A stretch of DNA of 64,000 bases. Origin: Octopus sinensis. Its lineage: Eukaryota. Numbering within the stretch: position 1 is the first letter of the stretch; each line of letters begins with the position of its first letter. The DNA lies in NCBI RefSeq assembly GCF_006345805.1, contig NC_043006.1, forward strand, positions 47,058,001 to 47,122,000. Direction: 5' to 3'. Position numbers and translations under genes: made by a program. Under the pieces are notes generated by a model that was given only the letters and a program-made list of their open reading frames with translations, did not search any database and had not been told where the DNA came from. Positions 26,350-40,830 of this stretch are shown here, one piece after another.

Positions 26350-26760
26350 TAATAGTCCTTTCTGCTATAAATTAAGGCCTGACATTTGGTGGAAAGGACT
26401 AGTCGAATGCATCGATCCCAGTGCTTCCCTGTTACTTAATTTATCAACCCTTAAAAGATGAAAGGCAAAGTAGACCTCGATGGAATCTAAATTCAGGAAA
26501 CGTAGTGACCGGCGAAACACCGCTAAGCAATTCGTCCAGAGTGCTAAGAATTTTGCTAGCTCAGCGCCTTTTAGTAATAATGGTTACTTCAAATTGTGGC
26601 AAAAGTCCATCAATTTTACGGGTAGAAGGTGAGTCGATAACATCAATAACGGTACGTGGTTAGTTGTTTATTTTATCCACCACAAAATGATAGAAAAGCA
26701 AAATTAAACTCGTTGGCATTTGAATGCCTGAGGTAAAGAGCCAGCAAATATATCGTCGGA
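26350..26760 (-). mobile_element. Two successive decayed SINE family A copies (26350-26568 and about 26580-26760)
   Basis: Core aagatgaaaggcaaagtagacc and head remnant gctagctcagcgcc; the second copy is more degraded. Confidence 0.7.
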
Positions 26761-26838
26761 TAATTTTTTTTTGTGTCATGAAACGAATCTACAAATACGT
26801 TGATTTAATGCGACAACAACAAAGGAAAATACATTATA

Positions 26839-26873
<35 letters not shown>

Positions 26874-27399
26874 AAATATGATAATCTTCTCTTATTCATA
26901 ATCACACAATGGTGATATTATTGATGTTCACAACAAATACACTGCTATTACTATCATAATACAAATGGTTTTATTCTTTGGTAACAAGGGCCAAAGATGA
27001 TGGAAGCATCATGAGAGTGAGATTATGTATACATATGTGTGTGTGTCTGTATGGGTGGGTGTGTATGCATTTATGTATCAGTGTATGTAGGTATAATAAG
27101 AAATTATTTCAGTAGTGATCTGCGTAGTTTAAACGGATGAGATCAGAAAAAATAATTATTATAAGTACACATAAATAAAATAACAAGCGAGAGTAACAGT
27201 CATATGACAAGGTGTACCTCATAGTGTGTTGGCGGAGGGTAGCCACACACTGAGTTGTTCTATTGATGATGGTGATGATGATTATGATGATGATGATGAG
27301 GAGGATGAACAAAAATAATATGATGAAGCAAAAAGAATACCATATACAAATTTGTTGATTCACCACAAAAATCCCTGAACTTACATTGCAAAAACAACA

Positions 27400-27686
27400 G
27401 CAGCAGCAACAATAGTATTATTATTATTATTAATAATATTATTATTAGTATTATTATTATTATTATGATCCTCATCATCAACATCATCATCATCATGATC
27501 ATTATTATTATTTGTATTATTTTCATTATTAATATTATTGACATCACCATCGTCATCATCATCATCGGCATCATTATTATTATTATTATTATTATTAACA
27601 TTAATGTTATAAGTATTATTATTATTATTATTGTTATTATTATAATTATTTACATTATTATTAGTAGTATTGTCATTATTATTATT

Positions 27687-27719
<33 letters not shown>

Positions 27720-27775
27720 ATTATTATTATTACTGCTTGTGCTACTACTATTATTATTGGTAGTAGTAGTTGCTG
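27400..27775. repeat. (ATT)n/(ATC)n/(GTT)n compound microsatellite
   Basis: Directly visible. Confidence 0.92.
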
Positions 27776-28199
27776 TTCTTGTTAGAAAATGTTACCACAT
27801 AGATTTCTTGCTTACGCATTATCTGGCGGAGTGGATTTAGCATAGGAAGAGAAATGAAGAGAAACGAGAAGAAAGGAAAACAACGAAAGAAGACAAAAAA
27901 AAAACAAAAAAAAAACAACCTAAATACTGCATCAGATAATAAGATAATAGGAAGCTAAAACAAAAACACGCACGAAAAAAACACGAAGCAAGATCAACAG
28001 AATATACTATGACTTCAGTGTTTTGCAGCTGCGCACTCACATGAGGATGCGGCACATACGCATCCTCATGTTCATATATATACGTATATACATACACATT
28101 TCTACATACGCGTGTATATACATATATATATATATATCTATATAGGGAGAGAGAGAGAGAGAGAGTGAGCGGAAAAGAGAGAGAGGGAGAGAGAGATGC

Positions 28200-28250
<51 letters not shown>

Positions 28251-28381
28251 CATATACGTTTTCATACATACAAATATACATATATACATCCACATCCATA
28301 TCTCTGTTTCTATCTATCTATCAACCTATCTATCTTTCTATCTATCCATCCATCCATCCATCCATCTATCTGTCCGTCTAC

Positions 28382-28435
<54 letters not shown>

Positions 28436-28470
28436 CTATCTATCTATCTATTTATCTATCTATCTGTCCG

Positions 28471-28501
<31 letters not shown>

Positions 28502-28552
28502 CTATCTATCTATCTATCTATTTATCTATCTATCTGTCTGTGTTTTGAAAAT

Positions 28553-28583
<31 letters not shown>

Positions 28584-28624
28584 AGATATATATATATATA
28601 TATATATACAGAGAGAGTGTGTGA

Positions 28625-28680
<56 letters not shown>
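28200..28680. repeat. (TA)n, (TATC)n and (GA)n microsatellite cluster
   Basis: Directly visible. Confidence 0.92.
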
Positions 28681-28682
<2 letters not shown>

Positions 28683-29769
28683 TAGATAGATAAGTAGATT
28701 CATAGATAGATAGATTTTTCAGGTTTCCGTGTGTGCGATACAAATATATTTACACAATTTATTGAAACGAAAAGGAATCTAACACAAATGATACAGTGAA
28801 AACAATATATTTAGGAAAGGTCCCCTCGTGCTAAGTGTGGTGTTGTTGGTGGAGGTTTTGGGAGTATGGATAAGGTTATCGGTATTAAATGCATCACTGC
28901 TTTGCGGTGCAATAAATTCACGTGGAAATATGGAAATCTCGGCGTTCGTGCAGAAGTTCAACGGCGAATTGAAACCTGTGAAAAAGAAGCGACAAAACAA
29001 TCACACACGCGCAAGCTCATACTTACACATACTGCACTTATTTATGCACATATATATACATATATTTACTTGCATGTGGTTGCAAAAATATATTTGGCGT
29101 TTTGTTTTTTTCTTTCTTCGTTTATTTCGCTTTATATACATCGATTTACATAATATTTAAACGTGACGGAAATGCAACGATTGTGACCTGTCAGACAGGT
29201 TCAAAGTAGTGTGTAACAATACCGCGTGTAATTGTGTTCTTTTACGTCAGTGTTGTGAGCTAGCATGGTTTTGCATACAATATGTAAACACACTCACACC
29301 TATAAATGTACATACGTTGTTAAGGGAAACATTCTATCCAGCTTGTGTGAATGTCAATGTAAATCCCATTCTTATACACACACACAGCAGATATACATAC
29401 GTACGTACATATATATATATACATATATGTGTATGTATGTATATATATATATATATACGTATGTATATATATGTATACATATGTATATATATATGTATGT
29501 ATATATATATATGTATATGTATATAAAGAGAGATAGAGAGTGAGAGAGAGACCCATATATTCATAAGGTATATATACATATAATATATATATATCATATA
29601 TATGCATATACATAGATACACAAATACATACATGCGTATATATATACTAGTGTACATATATCAGGCTATGTTATTGGCAATATCTAATCCAGTACCACTT
29701 GATGGGGTTGTGCGGCGACTAAGCCTCACCTTCGCCAAGCAAGCGTAATAAAGAGCTGCTGAAAACAAT

Positions 29770-30230
29770 GTAGGATGAACAAGAGACGTGCCAAAACAAT
29801 GTTTGAATCCTGTAGCTATCTCGCAACAAGGAGCCAGAATATAGAAAAAAATAATAGTGATATTGAACTAGAGCTTTGTAATGCCATAGAGAGAGAAGGA
29901 TATTTGTTTTTCTTAAACAGTGGTGGAGGTTGTAGTAGAATCTGTACTGTTTATCTTGAGCATGAGCATGATACACTCCACAGCTTGTTTAAGATAGGAT
30001 CCCGTTGCACAAATCCTGACAGTTAAACCCGTTAAAACTCTTACAACTGCATCCATTTGTAATAACCAAAGATCCAAAAAAATCATTATTTTGAGTTTCT
30101 CTCTTGTCTGGCAAGCAGGGCACTATGGTGGTGTGGAATACATATTTTTATAACCGATATTTAACATGCTATGCATGAGCAGGTGTTGCTAAGAAAAAGG
30201 ATGTCGCTTTTCCGGCCGGTGATATTCATA
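29770..30230 (+). mobile_element. Probable relic of a Helitron PIF1-like helicase region
   Basis: ORF 29775..30026 contains GYLFFLNSGGGCSRI (cf. GxLFFLxGxGGxGKT Walker A) and TLHSLFKI (cf. TAHSxFKIP); highly degenerate. Confidence 0.45.
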
Positions 30231-30452
30231 TTGTATCTATAATCGGGTTTTGAAACCGTGCGAAAGTAGATAGGTCGAGACACCAGTAACTGCGAACCAT
30301 GAAGACATGAACTTCAGCTATTTGCTGGCAGTGGCTAAGAGTGCACTGCTGTGCATTAATTATTTCGGTGTGAACCGACCGGTGCAAAAAGTGTAGCCTT
30401 TGAGTGGTAGCCCATCGTCTAGTGTCCCTTACAGCTTCATGTTGTATGTGTT

Positions 30453-30515
<63 letters not shown>

Positions 30516-32450
30516 AGGACTTTCCTGTCGTAAATAACAGATGCGGATCCCTTAATTTGCTAGAGCCATCAATTCGATATTGCAAATATATGTATATAGA
30601 ATAACACACGATAAGAATCAAGTGATCGCAGATCAAACTGAAAATATTTTGCTACGTTCGCGTTGCTGTTCTATGAAGACTTTAATACGTCTACCAATTT
30701 ATCTCGTTCTCTCTCATTTTCTTTTAAAAAGTAGCCGTGTTTATTTTGAGGGTGAAGAAATACAGGAAATTACACAACATGCGATAGAAATATAGTGTGA
30801 AAAAACAACAAATCATAAATAATGTACAATCAAACGAAATGCACAAATAGAAAGTGCAATAGATATTGTAATGTTTCGGACGACATATATTAAAAAGAAA
30901 GAAAAGTTTTGAAACAAGCCTGAGAAAAATTTACTAGCATGTAAAATGGCGTACTATATTCGGTATTATATATTTATGCACTTTCCCCAAAATACTCGTG
31001 TTGCGTGTTATATCATGTTCCCATTTTAAAGAAATGAGAAAATATTTTTCACCCGTATTTAGTATATCTATTTAGAAAACACCCTAGGACTATTAATGAA
31101 TTCATATATAGAATAATTATGAACAACGATATTCGGTCTCCCAATGTTACGATACAAAACCGTAATGTTACCTTTAGTTACTGTTATATCACAATACTAC
31201 ACAGTGGCTGCGTGAGCTACGAAATCCTAATCGCCACTGTTATGTCGCACGTTTGGATGACCGCTACTCAGCTCTACTCCTAGTGCTACTCTTCGTCTAG
31301 ACTTCTCCCTCTATATCTACGTATTGGGATACTCTACTTCATCGTCTGGGGTCGTCCACACAACAGTTACATTAGAAAACATGAAAACGGAGCTTACTCC
31401 ACTCTGTTTCTGTTACTGTAAATGCTAATATCAGTATCAATACCTAGATTATTATCAAAATTACCATTCACATAATCCGTACTAATACGGGCATTGTTAT
31501 TAACAGGATTACTTACAATTCGAATAGTAATAGAGAAGGGAGAAAATATAACAATGATAAAAGTTTTTTCTATGAGTAACTCTAGTAGAATTATTCACTT
31601 GAAAAGGATTATATTCAAATTTTTACTCTACCTTTTCTTAATTTCCGACCATTTATAGCATATACGGGCAATATTTGTAGTTAATGCATACAGAAAAAGT
31701 TAAACAAAATATCGAGTACTTATTGACTAGTGAAATGCAATGCAAAAATGTTTTTATTTGTTTCTCTAAAACTATATTACAATAAAAACATTCTAAATGT
31801 CTCTTCCATTGTATTTTGTACTTAGTGTATATGCAAAAATACGCAGGCTATAAATATTAATGACAAACAAGAAGAAATACGGTGAACTATAAAAAGAAAA
31901 AGCAATTCGAAAATAAAAATATGTATGATATAAATGTTCGTGGATGTGAAAAAAAAATACATATTGCATTATCTTACGTAAGCTGTTCAATGATTCTATA
32001 AATAGGTTCATTAAAGAAGGAAGAAAATAGCCAAGGCGGTCAGGAAAATGTGTTTTTATCTTCAGGTTATTCTAGTGTGTTGAGACGAAAAGCGTTGATA
32101 GATTGGTGTATTTTTGCTGTGGTTAGTTAAAAGAAGTAATATCTGTAGCAGACTGTAGTGTACAGTAGTAATTGTTGTGCTTCAATATTTTAAAAATCAT
32201 GTCTTTAACGAGTCTAGGACGTTTACTCCTTATGGGCACTTACTTACCCCTGAGGTCAACAGATGATGATTTAAAACTTCTTAATTTATTAGACGGGGAT
32301 AATTAACCAATGGGTGTAATTGTTCCGAGGAGTAGTTACCGTCGGGGGGGGGGGTTGTCCTATGGAGGTATAGTAATAATTGCACTAGGGTAGGTAATTG
32401 TCCTGATACGTTCTTTAACAGATATTTCAAGAGATATTTTAATTGATTTA

Positions 32451-32846
32451 GGCGTAGGAGTGGCTGTGTGGTAAGTAGCTTGCTTACCAACCACTTGGTT
32501 CCGGGTTCAGTCCCACTGCGTGGCACCTTAGGCAAATGCCTTCTTCTATAGCCTCGGGCCGACCAAATCCTTGTGAGTGGATTTGGTTGACGGAAACGGA
32601 AAAAATCCGTCGTAGATATGTATATATAAGTGTGTGTGTTTATGTGTCTGTATTTGTCCCCCCCAACAACGCTTGACAACCGATGCTGGTGTGTTTACGT
32701 CCCCGTAACCTAGCGGTACGGCAAAAGATACCGACAGAATAAGTACTAGGCTTACAAAGAATAAATCTTGGGGTCGATTTGCTCGACTAAAGGCGGTGCT
32801 CCGGCATGGTCAGAGTCGTATGACTGAAACAATTAAAATAGTAAAA
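32451..32846 (+). mobile_element. SINE family B, full length (used as reference copy)
   Basis: tRNA-like head (tggctgtgtggtaag..ggttccgggttcagtccca), CORE-like accttaggcaaat, internal TA/TG spacer, 3' half ending gactgaaacaa..aaaa. Confidence 0.92.
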
Positions 32847-33089
32847 GGAAACGATTAAGATAAAATAAAATCCTGCAAAGACCAAAATATGAAAAAATGT
32901 TAAAATCTCAAAAGTCAAGATTTGGAAATGAAATTATCTTGATGAAATTATATACTAATAATTCAGTTGCTTAAATAATGTCCTGAAGCAGATATTTAGG
33001 TAAAAAAAAAACCGCAAAGGATGACAAAGCATGGTAGAGAGGACCACACGTTGAATGTAACGTGGACTACCTAATTTGTACCTTATAGT

Positions 33090-33304
33090 GATTTTAACTA
33101 TTGGCATAGAGCAAGTACTTTCGAGGGAGTCGATAAGTCAAATCAATTACATCGACCCCAGGGTGCAACTGAGACTCGTTTTCTCACACGTGAAAAGGTA
33201 AAAGCAAAGACCATCGTCGATGGAACTTGAACTCAGAGCCTAAAGACGCACGGAATGTCGCTCAGCATTTTCCCCGGCTTACTAACGATTCTGCTAGCTC
33301 GCCT
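33090..33304 (-). mobile_element. Decayed SINE family A
   Basis: attacatcgaccccag..ttgaactcaga..ctaacgattctgctagctcgcc. Confidence 0.75.
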
Positions 33305-34633
33305 GTCCGAAACTGGTGTCTTATATCAGTAAAACACACATAGTGGGGTCAATTTTCGGAGAAAAAACCTATTTGGTTTTCAAGTTCAAATTGTAGCTGG
33401 ATCCACAATTCACTACACCATTGTACAGTAGTAGTGTTACTTAAAAAACCCAAAAAAGACAAAACGGAAACCACGTAATAAGTGAATCAATTACAGCACT
33501 TTTATAAATTTCTGAGCATTGTGTCATTTTAGACATTATCACTTTATATACAACCGTGGTGGGCGAACGAATCTCCAGTGTGACTTATAATAAAATTTTA
33601 TTACGTGTTTCTAAAATGTGAATCCCAATGCCGTCGTGGTCGACAATTCGATTAATAAGACAATTTCGCTCGAATAGTTTTGTTGTTATAAACCAAACAA
33701 AAACAAAACAGAAATTCAACATTATTTACTTTTCTAAGTTTTTTTTTCCATCTCGTAAGATATTTAAAAGAAACGAATCTTCCATTTTGGAGGTCTTTGT
33801 ACAAGAATTCTAGATGAAATGACCCAGAAACGAAGATCACAGGACAGACACTATTAAGAGACGCATAGTTCTATTCCGTCAAAGCTTATCGTATTTCCTT
33901 CTGTCAAATTTAATGTATCCTTAGTTTATGTATACATATCATCTTACGAGCTTGGAGAAAAACAAATATCAATATAATCAATATATATATATAATATATA
34001 TGTGTGTGTGTATTCATATTTATGAATGTTCATATATATAATGTATATGTATTCATATATATATATATATATTATTTATATATATATATATATATATAAT
34101 ATATATATATAGATGTGTGTGTGTGTACATATATGATTAAAGAGCCCGAGTAAATGGCAGCAGTGAAGTGTGTTAAAGATATATGGTGTAAAGAATGGTT
34201 GACATACATAGCCGACATATTATATTTTATTTCTTTACAAAATCAATAATTGAATCGATATGCCTAATGTTTTGTATGATAAATGATTCATCAAAATAAA
34301 AACTTTATGTCTTATGTCTTCCAGTCAAGTATGAAATGATATGTAACATTTCTGAATATATCTTTGGTAAAACAGGTTTCAATTCACAAGGATTTAATAT
34401 ATGTCTGACTTAGCTCTCTGCTTTAAGACCCAGACAATTTATTGCATTGTGCCAATGCACATTTGAATTTTAGCAAGTTTTATACTTATACTGTATACAC
34501 ACACACACGCACATACATACATACATACATACATCTATATATAAAACATATATATATATATATATATATATATACAGTATATATACATATGTATATATAT
34601 ATATATATATATTATACATATATATATATATAT

Positions 34634-34681
<48 letters not shown>

Positions 34682-35871
34682 TATATGTTGTTACCAGCTA
34701 CGTGTGTATATGTATAAATACATGCTTAGATATGTAGATTAGCATTTACATATATACATCTACATATAAAAGTATGTATCTATGTATCTGTATACTTATC
34801 TATCTATCTGTTTGACTGCTTGCCTGTTTCTTTCTGTCTCTCTCTCTATCTCTATGTATCATACATACATACATATATAATATATATATTATATATATAA
34901 TAATATATATATATATATATATTAATTGTATATTTTAGATACACATGAATGTAGGTAAGTATACACACATATGAATGTAGGAAAGTATATATATGTAGAT
35001 ATATGTATATGCATAAATATGTGCATATATATATATATATATATTTATACATAATTATTGATATATGTATAAATGTGTATGTGTATGTGTATGTTCGACT
35101 TGGACTAATACATACCAAATTTTAATTTGAAAGATGCTGGAACTTGTGAGAACTTTACATATAAGTAGTGCTTATGTAAAATAAATAGTTTCAAAACCAT
35201 TGTTAGAATGGAACATTTTAACACAGCACGGAGCGATTTGCACTAATGAAGCACAGCTATGTAGATTCTCCCTTATTATTACATGAATACATTAATAGTA
35301 TTTCTTTATGTAAAGTGTCGTTGTGTAAAAGACAAAGTGTGCCTCAGTCGGACTTCAGGTTTTCTTCGCAAATAGAGTAAGTGAATAAAAAAAGGCCGCA
35401 CTATGTTATTATCTGTGAGATAAATACTCCCATATTCTCGACCATCCATTCATACACGCACACAGTCACGCACATACACACACATAAATGCATACATGCA
35501 TATGCGCACACTCGTTACGCCCGGAAACATACTTACACACAGACGCACACACACAGCCGCACGCACACACACATACACATACAGAGTAAGCAGAGGGATA
35601 TAAAGTTCAGGCAGAATACCACATTTCTCTGAGTAGAAAGCCGAGGCTGGTTCCTTCTGATGGTGCGTTATTTGGTAATCTTTCTTAAGTTCTCACCCGA
35701 TGTTCCAGTTTATTTCTTGGTTATAACGATCGTTCAGTGGAAACAGTTTGGGTTGCTATGATATACAGTTTTTCAGTAATTGGTTGAAGGACCTATGCAT
35801 TTACAAGAATGAGAAGATACAGTCTACAACCTCTCACACTTGATCCAGTCGAAAATAGGCGAAACTCTGGG

Positions 35872-35902
<31 letters not shown>

Positions 35903-36275
35903 CACACACACACACACACACCCTCCCCACCATGTAGTACTCACTGTTAGGTGAGGGTATTGGAAAAATATATACTAAATTTCACAGCAAACAATATCAC
36001 ACAGAGTACGGAAATCTAGTGAAAAACTTTGGATCGAGGTGTATATGCTTTTATAACTAATGAACTTTTTTCTGCAAATATCATTTTCCATTCCTCCTGT
36101 CTTATTCAGCCTGCAAATTATGGCGTGGAATGCTACACAGGTCTTGTGCTAAAGGGATCGCGGACTCAAGGGAGAGAAAATATTTTGCTGAAGAGCAGAT
36201 TGCATCACCTAATCCAGAAATCCACACAACGTTCTCGCTATCATGGGATCAACAGTCTAACTACTACTTCAGTAT

Positions 36276-36310
<35 letters not shown>

Positions 36311-36771
36311 ACACCAACACACGCACTCCCAGATACCACACACATATTTACACACAATCATATAAAACGGGACACATTATTATTCAATTTTATATTATTC
36401 AAATGCCATCATGTATTGTAAGTTGATACACTTTCACTTGGTAACCACAATTGTGCAGCGGGATATCATTTGAAGTGGCGATTACGTTGGGTTAGATGTA
36501 ATATTACGCTTGAGCATTGATGTAAGAGCATATGGGTTTCAGGAAAGGGATTAATGTTAGATTAAACTAGAATATATTTCTGTTATCTTGCAGCCGAATA
36601 CATTTTACGAGTTATTAGATGAGATAGCATTGATATGCTACGAATATCAATGTAATATATATATGCATGTATGTATGTATGTATGTATATATATAAATAT
36701 ATATGTGTGTGTTTGTGTGTATATATGTGTTGATATACATATACATAATGTATAATACATGCATGTTTATG

Positions 36772-36802
<31 letters not shown>

Positions 36803-36934
36803 TATATATATCATATATATACTTATGTATATATATGCATACATAAAATATATAAACACACAAACACATGCGCGCATCTCACTGATGTCATCTGTTCCTC
36901 TCAACACTCCAACGTCGATAATATAGAGTATCTG

Positions 36935-37148
36935 AAGGCGGCGAACTGGAAGAAACGTTAGCACGTCGGGCGAAATTCTTAGCGGTATTTCGTCTGTCTT
37001 TACGACTTGAGCTCAAATTCCACCGTGGTCAACTTTGCTTTTCATCCTTTCGGGGTCGATAAATTAAGTATCAGTTTTAGTACTGAAGCCGATCTAATTG
37101 ACTGGCCCCTTCCCTCAAACTTTCGTCTTTGTGCCTAGAGTAGAAAAG
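36935..37148 (+). mobile_element. SINE family A, short-tail subfamily, with 15-bp TSD
   Basis: TSD aatatagagtatctg at 36920-36934 and 37149-37163. Confidence 0.92.
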
Positions 37149-38164
37149 AATATAGAGTATCTGTGTAGTATTTGGATCGACATAATGACGTAATCCCTTT
37201 CACCATATTTGCGAGCCTTAATCTTAAATGAGGTAGAAACATTTCATGAAAATTGCTGGTTGGCAATATTTATGATTGCCAATTTTTTCGTGTCATTTTC
37301 TCATGCCAATATCTTTTTTTTTTTGTCTCCAAATACCAATTTGAATAAATTAATACAAATAATGGGGTGCAAGACAATCAATTGTATATTTTATTCAAAA
37401 TAATCTAAGCTAGACTCAAACATAAAAATGATAAATATCAAACCTACATTTTTTTGAAGCAATGAGTATTTTATTCGGTCGCTCTCATTAATGTCGATAT
37501 TGATGACAACTAAATCGAGAGCGATGACGACGATGACGACGACGAGAATGATGATGTTTAGCTGCAGGTCATCTTATATCAAACAGATCTATGAACAACG
37601 CTACTTCTGTTACGTGAATCCCGTCTATACCTCAGGCAAAGCGTATGAAGTAACACATCATTGAATTTGTTCTTTTACATTTTGTAAGACGGAAGATTAT
37701 AATTCTTAGCTCTTTTAGCAAGTCTAGCACTTGTAAGAAGTTTCTCCACAGTCTGTTTGTATGATGCCTATTGTTGCTGTAGAGACTATTACATAGAAGA
37801 CAAATTATTCGTGACGAAGAAACTTTTGAATCGGAAGATATTTTCCTTTGTCATTCATTTATTAATCTATTTATGTTTTGTCTTCCGGCGCTATGGCATG
37901 TATTTAATATATTTATGCATACGTAGAAATAATTTCAGTTAACCCTACTTCGTGCATTGTTTCGACATTAATTAAACATTGTTTTTTACGTGTTTTTGTA
38001 TTGATAGATGGCGGAATAGATTATGATTTCGACCAGGAAAACCTGGGTAGCTGTTTTTACAAGATTTCTGAATTTTTAAATTTTAATATTATCTTTACTC
38101 ACTCAGCAGATCATATGCTTTTCTACTCGTTGAAGCATGACCACATATATATATTATATATATA

Positions 38165-38203
<39 letters not shown>

Positions 38204-38379
38204 GAGAGAGAGAGGTTATGAGAAGTAATGACTTCAATAAGACCCAGAGGTGTCAGGTAATGCTGAGTACTTTAAATGAAACCCTCGATTCAATAACACT
38301 TTGTACAAACTCTATACTTGGTACGACCAATTTTAAATACTATCGGAACTTACTTATAAGGTATTGGAATTTTATATGT

Positions 38380-38630
38380 ACACCATTCTGTCTAAATAAT
38401 GTATCTACAGATGCAATATCCCTGCATATCTCACGTCTATGTTCATTCCTCCACTTCACTCTCTATTTCATATTTTATCTAAATTAAATATTGCTTAACC
38501 ATTTTCTCACACCCTCTGCAATGAAGGGACATAATAAATATCCTGGAAACAGCTGTAAGACCTTCTATTTACAAATGATCTAAAATCTTTTACAGCCTTG
38601 GATTTTTATGTCATTCTGAAAATTTGTTTT
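38380..38630 (+). mobile_element. Possible PLE pLTR remnant with degenerate HHR (38514-38560)
   Basis: UCU-GCAAUGA-AGGGACA..UAUCCUG-GAAA-CAGCUG-UA-AGA: palindromic stem III ACAGCUGU and GAAA intact, CUGANGA box damaged. Confidence 0.45.
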
Positions 38631-39989
38631 ATATATACCTATATATATTTTTATATATTCGCGCGCGTACACACACACTCATGCACATATATATAGGAGA
38701 GGATGAACACATACGTTATCTGGTATCGATATTGAGGCTGGGGATCTGAAATACTAAATTCCCTTTAATCCAAAGATGACCTTCACATTAGACTTATGTT
38801 CCTGTAAGTTTGATTTCGGTAGAGTTAGTAATGTGATTCTGAATACGGTAATACTTCTATTTAAGGACTATGTCGATTTGCATCTGCGGGATAACCCGTA
38901 TTATGATATTAAGTGGTTTGTCATCTTTAATCTAGACTGAGGAAAGATAGTGAATTTGGAATTACCAATGGTTTATTTGATTCTGTCAAGATTACCGACT
39001 CTCTAAAGTTGGTTCGAACTGGGTTGACTCTCTCCTAAAAGTTTATATTCTCCTTTCTTTTATAGCAAGACTAATAGAACGCTTACACTGGCCGTTAGAA
39101 ATCTTTATGTATCAATCTTGTTGAAAAGAAGAAACAAATAACTGCATCTCCTGAATTTAGCGTCAGATCTGAACTCCAATACTTACTACCCTTACCTTAA
39201 GTCAAGTGATAAGTTATAATATATAGATACATTATCCACGACTCCAAATTCTGTTAGGTCTAACATAGGAATATTCGCAACAACTCCCATACGATCAATA
39301 ATTAACCACTTCTAGTATAACTCTTGACGTTTCGGTGCATATGTATTAATGATAGCTTCACTAAGTACAGCTATTCACCTATAATTCTCTCCCTCTAAAT
39401 ATTTTCAATATCTTGAGCATATATATTTAAATAGCTATAGCTATTGTGTACGCATTGATCAAAATTTCTCAATGTTATTATTATATTCAAATTACATATT
39501 TTCTAATTCATATTTTTTCAGATTCATATTTCGCATCATTTCACAATAAATTTGTTGATTCTTCATTCATTTATCTCAATCTTTCACCTTATCATGTCTT
39601 ATTTTATTTTTTCTTTCATGTCTTACTCATTTTTATGTATATTTTCTTATCTATAAAATATTATGTTTCATCTATTCAAATGCCGTGTTGTTCTAATCAT
39701 CATATTGTTGAATAGCTTCTTCTACTTCTTTCGCTATCTCCCTGATATGCTTCTCTCCTACTCTTTCCTATTTAGATACAATTTTGCTGTGTTATTATTA
39801 CTATAGGTCTCAGAATGATTCCACTTGCATTACGACATTGTGTATAATCATGCATATATGTCATAATATGTGTTTACCTATGTATTTATATTCGCAGGCG
39901 TATATCTTTGAACATTTTTGTATTTATTTTGAATGTCTTCGTGTAGATGTGGTAAGTGTCATTGTGTATATATATAAATATATATATAT

Positions 39990-40070
39990 GCCCACGGACA
40001 TATGGCGTACGTTTCCGAGTTCGATTCCAGGCAGTGACCTGAATAACAACAACAATAATAATAATAATAA

Positions 40071-40116
<46 letters not shown>

Positions 40117-40149
40117 GTAATGATAATAATGATAATAATAATAATAATG

Positions 40150-40206
<57 letters not shown>

Positions 40207-40577
40207 CTTTCTAATTGATGTATCAATACCGGCTGATGACAACGTGTCTCTAAAAGAAATGGAGAAACTCTCAAAATACAAAGACCTGGAAATAGAGGTA
40301 ACTAGAATGTGGAATCTGAAAACAGAAACAATTCCTATCATAGTAGGTGCATTAGGCATGATAAAAAAATATTCAGACAAATACATAACAAAAACACCAG
40401 GACTTACAAACACATATAACATACAGAAAATTGCACTACTAGGCACTGCACACATCCTACGCAGAACACTTTCCATACAATAACAATCAGAGCATCACAA
40501 CAAATCACAGCACATACCCAAGGCACACAGAGTTGTGCTCGGTAGTGAAGTGAAAGCACCCTATAAAAATAAAACTA

Positions 40578-40641
<64 letters not shown>

Positions 40642-40643
40642 GC

Positions 40644-40702
<59 letters not shown>

Positions 40703-40830
40703 CATCGAAAAATACCTTAGAAATGAGAACCCATGTTAACAGCAAACAATACGTGGACGAATATCCGTCAAACGTAAATAATATAAATAATGTAAATAAT
40801 GCACATAAGTTCTCATCTCTTATATATAGA
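39990..40830 (+). mobile_element. tRNA-head/(AAT)n/HHR element, copy 2 (head and HHR internally deleted), interrupted by a Dong fragment
   Basis: atatggcgta..ttccgagttcgattccaggcagtgacctg(AAT)n ... aacatcgaaaaataccttagaaatgagaaccca..atatccgtcaaa..ctcatctcttatatatagaa. Confidence 0.8.
40205..40580 (+). mobile_element. 5'-truncated R4/Dong LINE 3' end (RLE domain + 3' UTR) inserted in (TAA)n
   Basis: Uninterrupted frame CFLIDVSIPADDNVSLKEMEKLSKYKDLEIEVTRMW..IPIIVGALG..IQKIALLGTAHILRRTL, stop at 40481-40483, about 100-bp UTR, (AAT)n on both sides. TAA targeting is established for Dong. Confidence 0.92.

Noticed and set aside
28976-29026. 51-nt GT-AG intron on the minus strand as a firm feature
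   Set aside because: The signals are good, but the intron is very short and unsupported by an ORF; reported only as a hypothesis.
38750-39300. Possible retroelement coding relic
   Set aside because: I could not recover a convincing motif in any frame by eye; needs a tblastx or HMM search.
39322-39370. HHR-like GAAACGUC on the minus strand (similar partial hits near 55370-55410 and 55520-55550)
   Set aside because: No intact CUGANGA box or convincing stem II.
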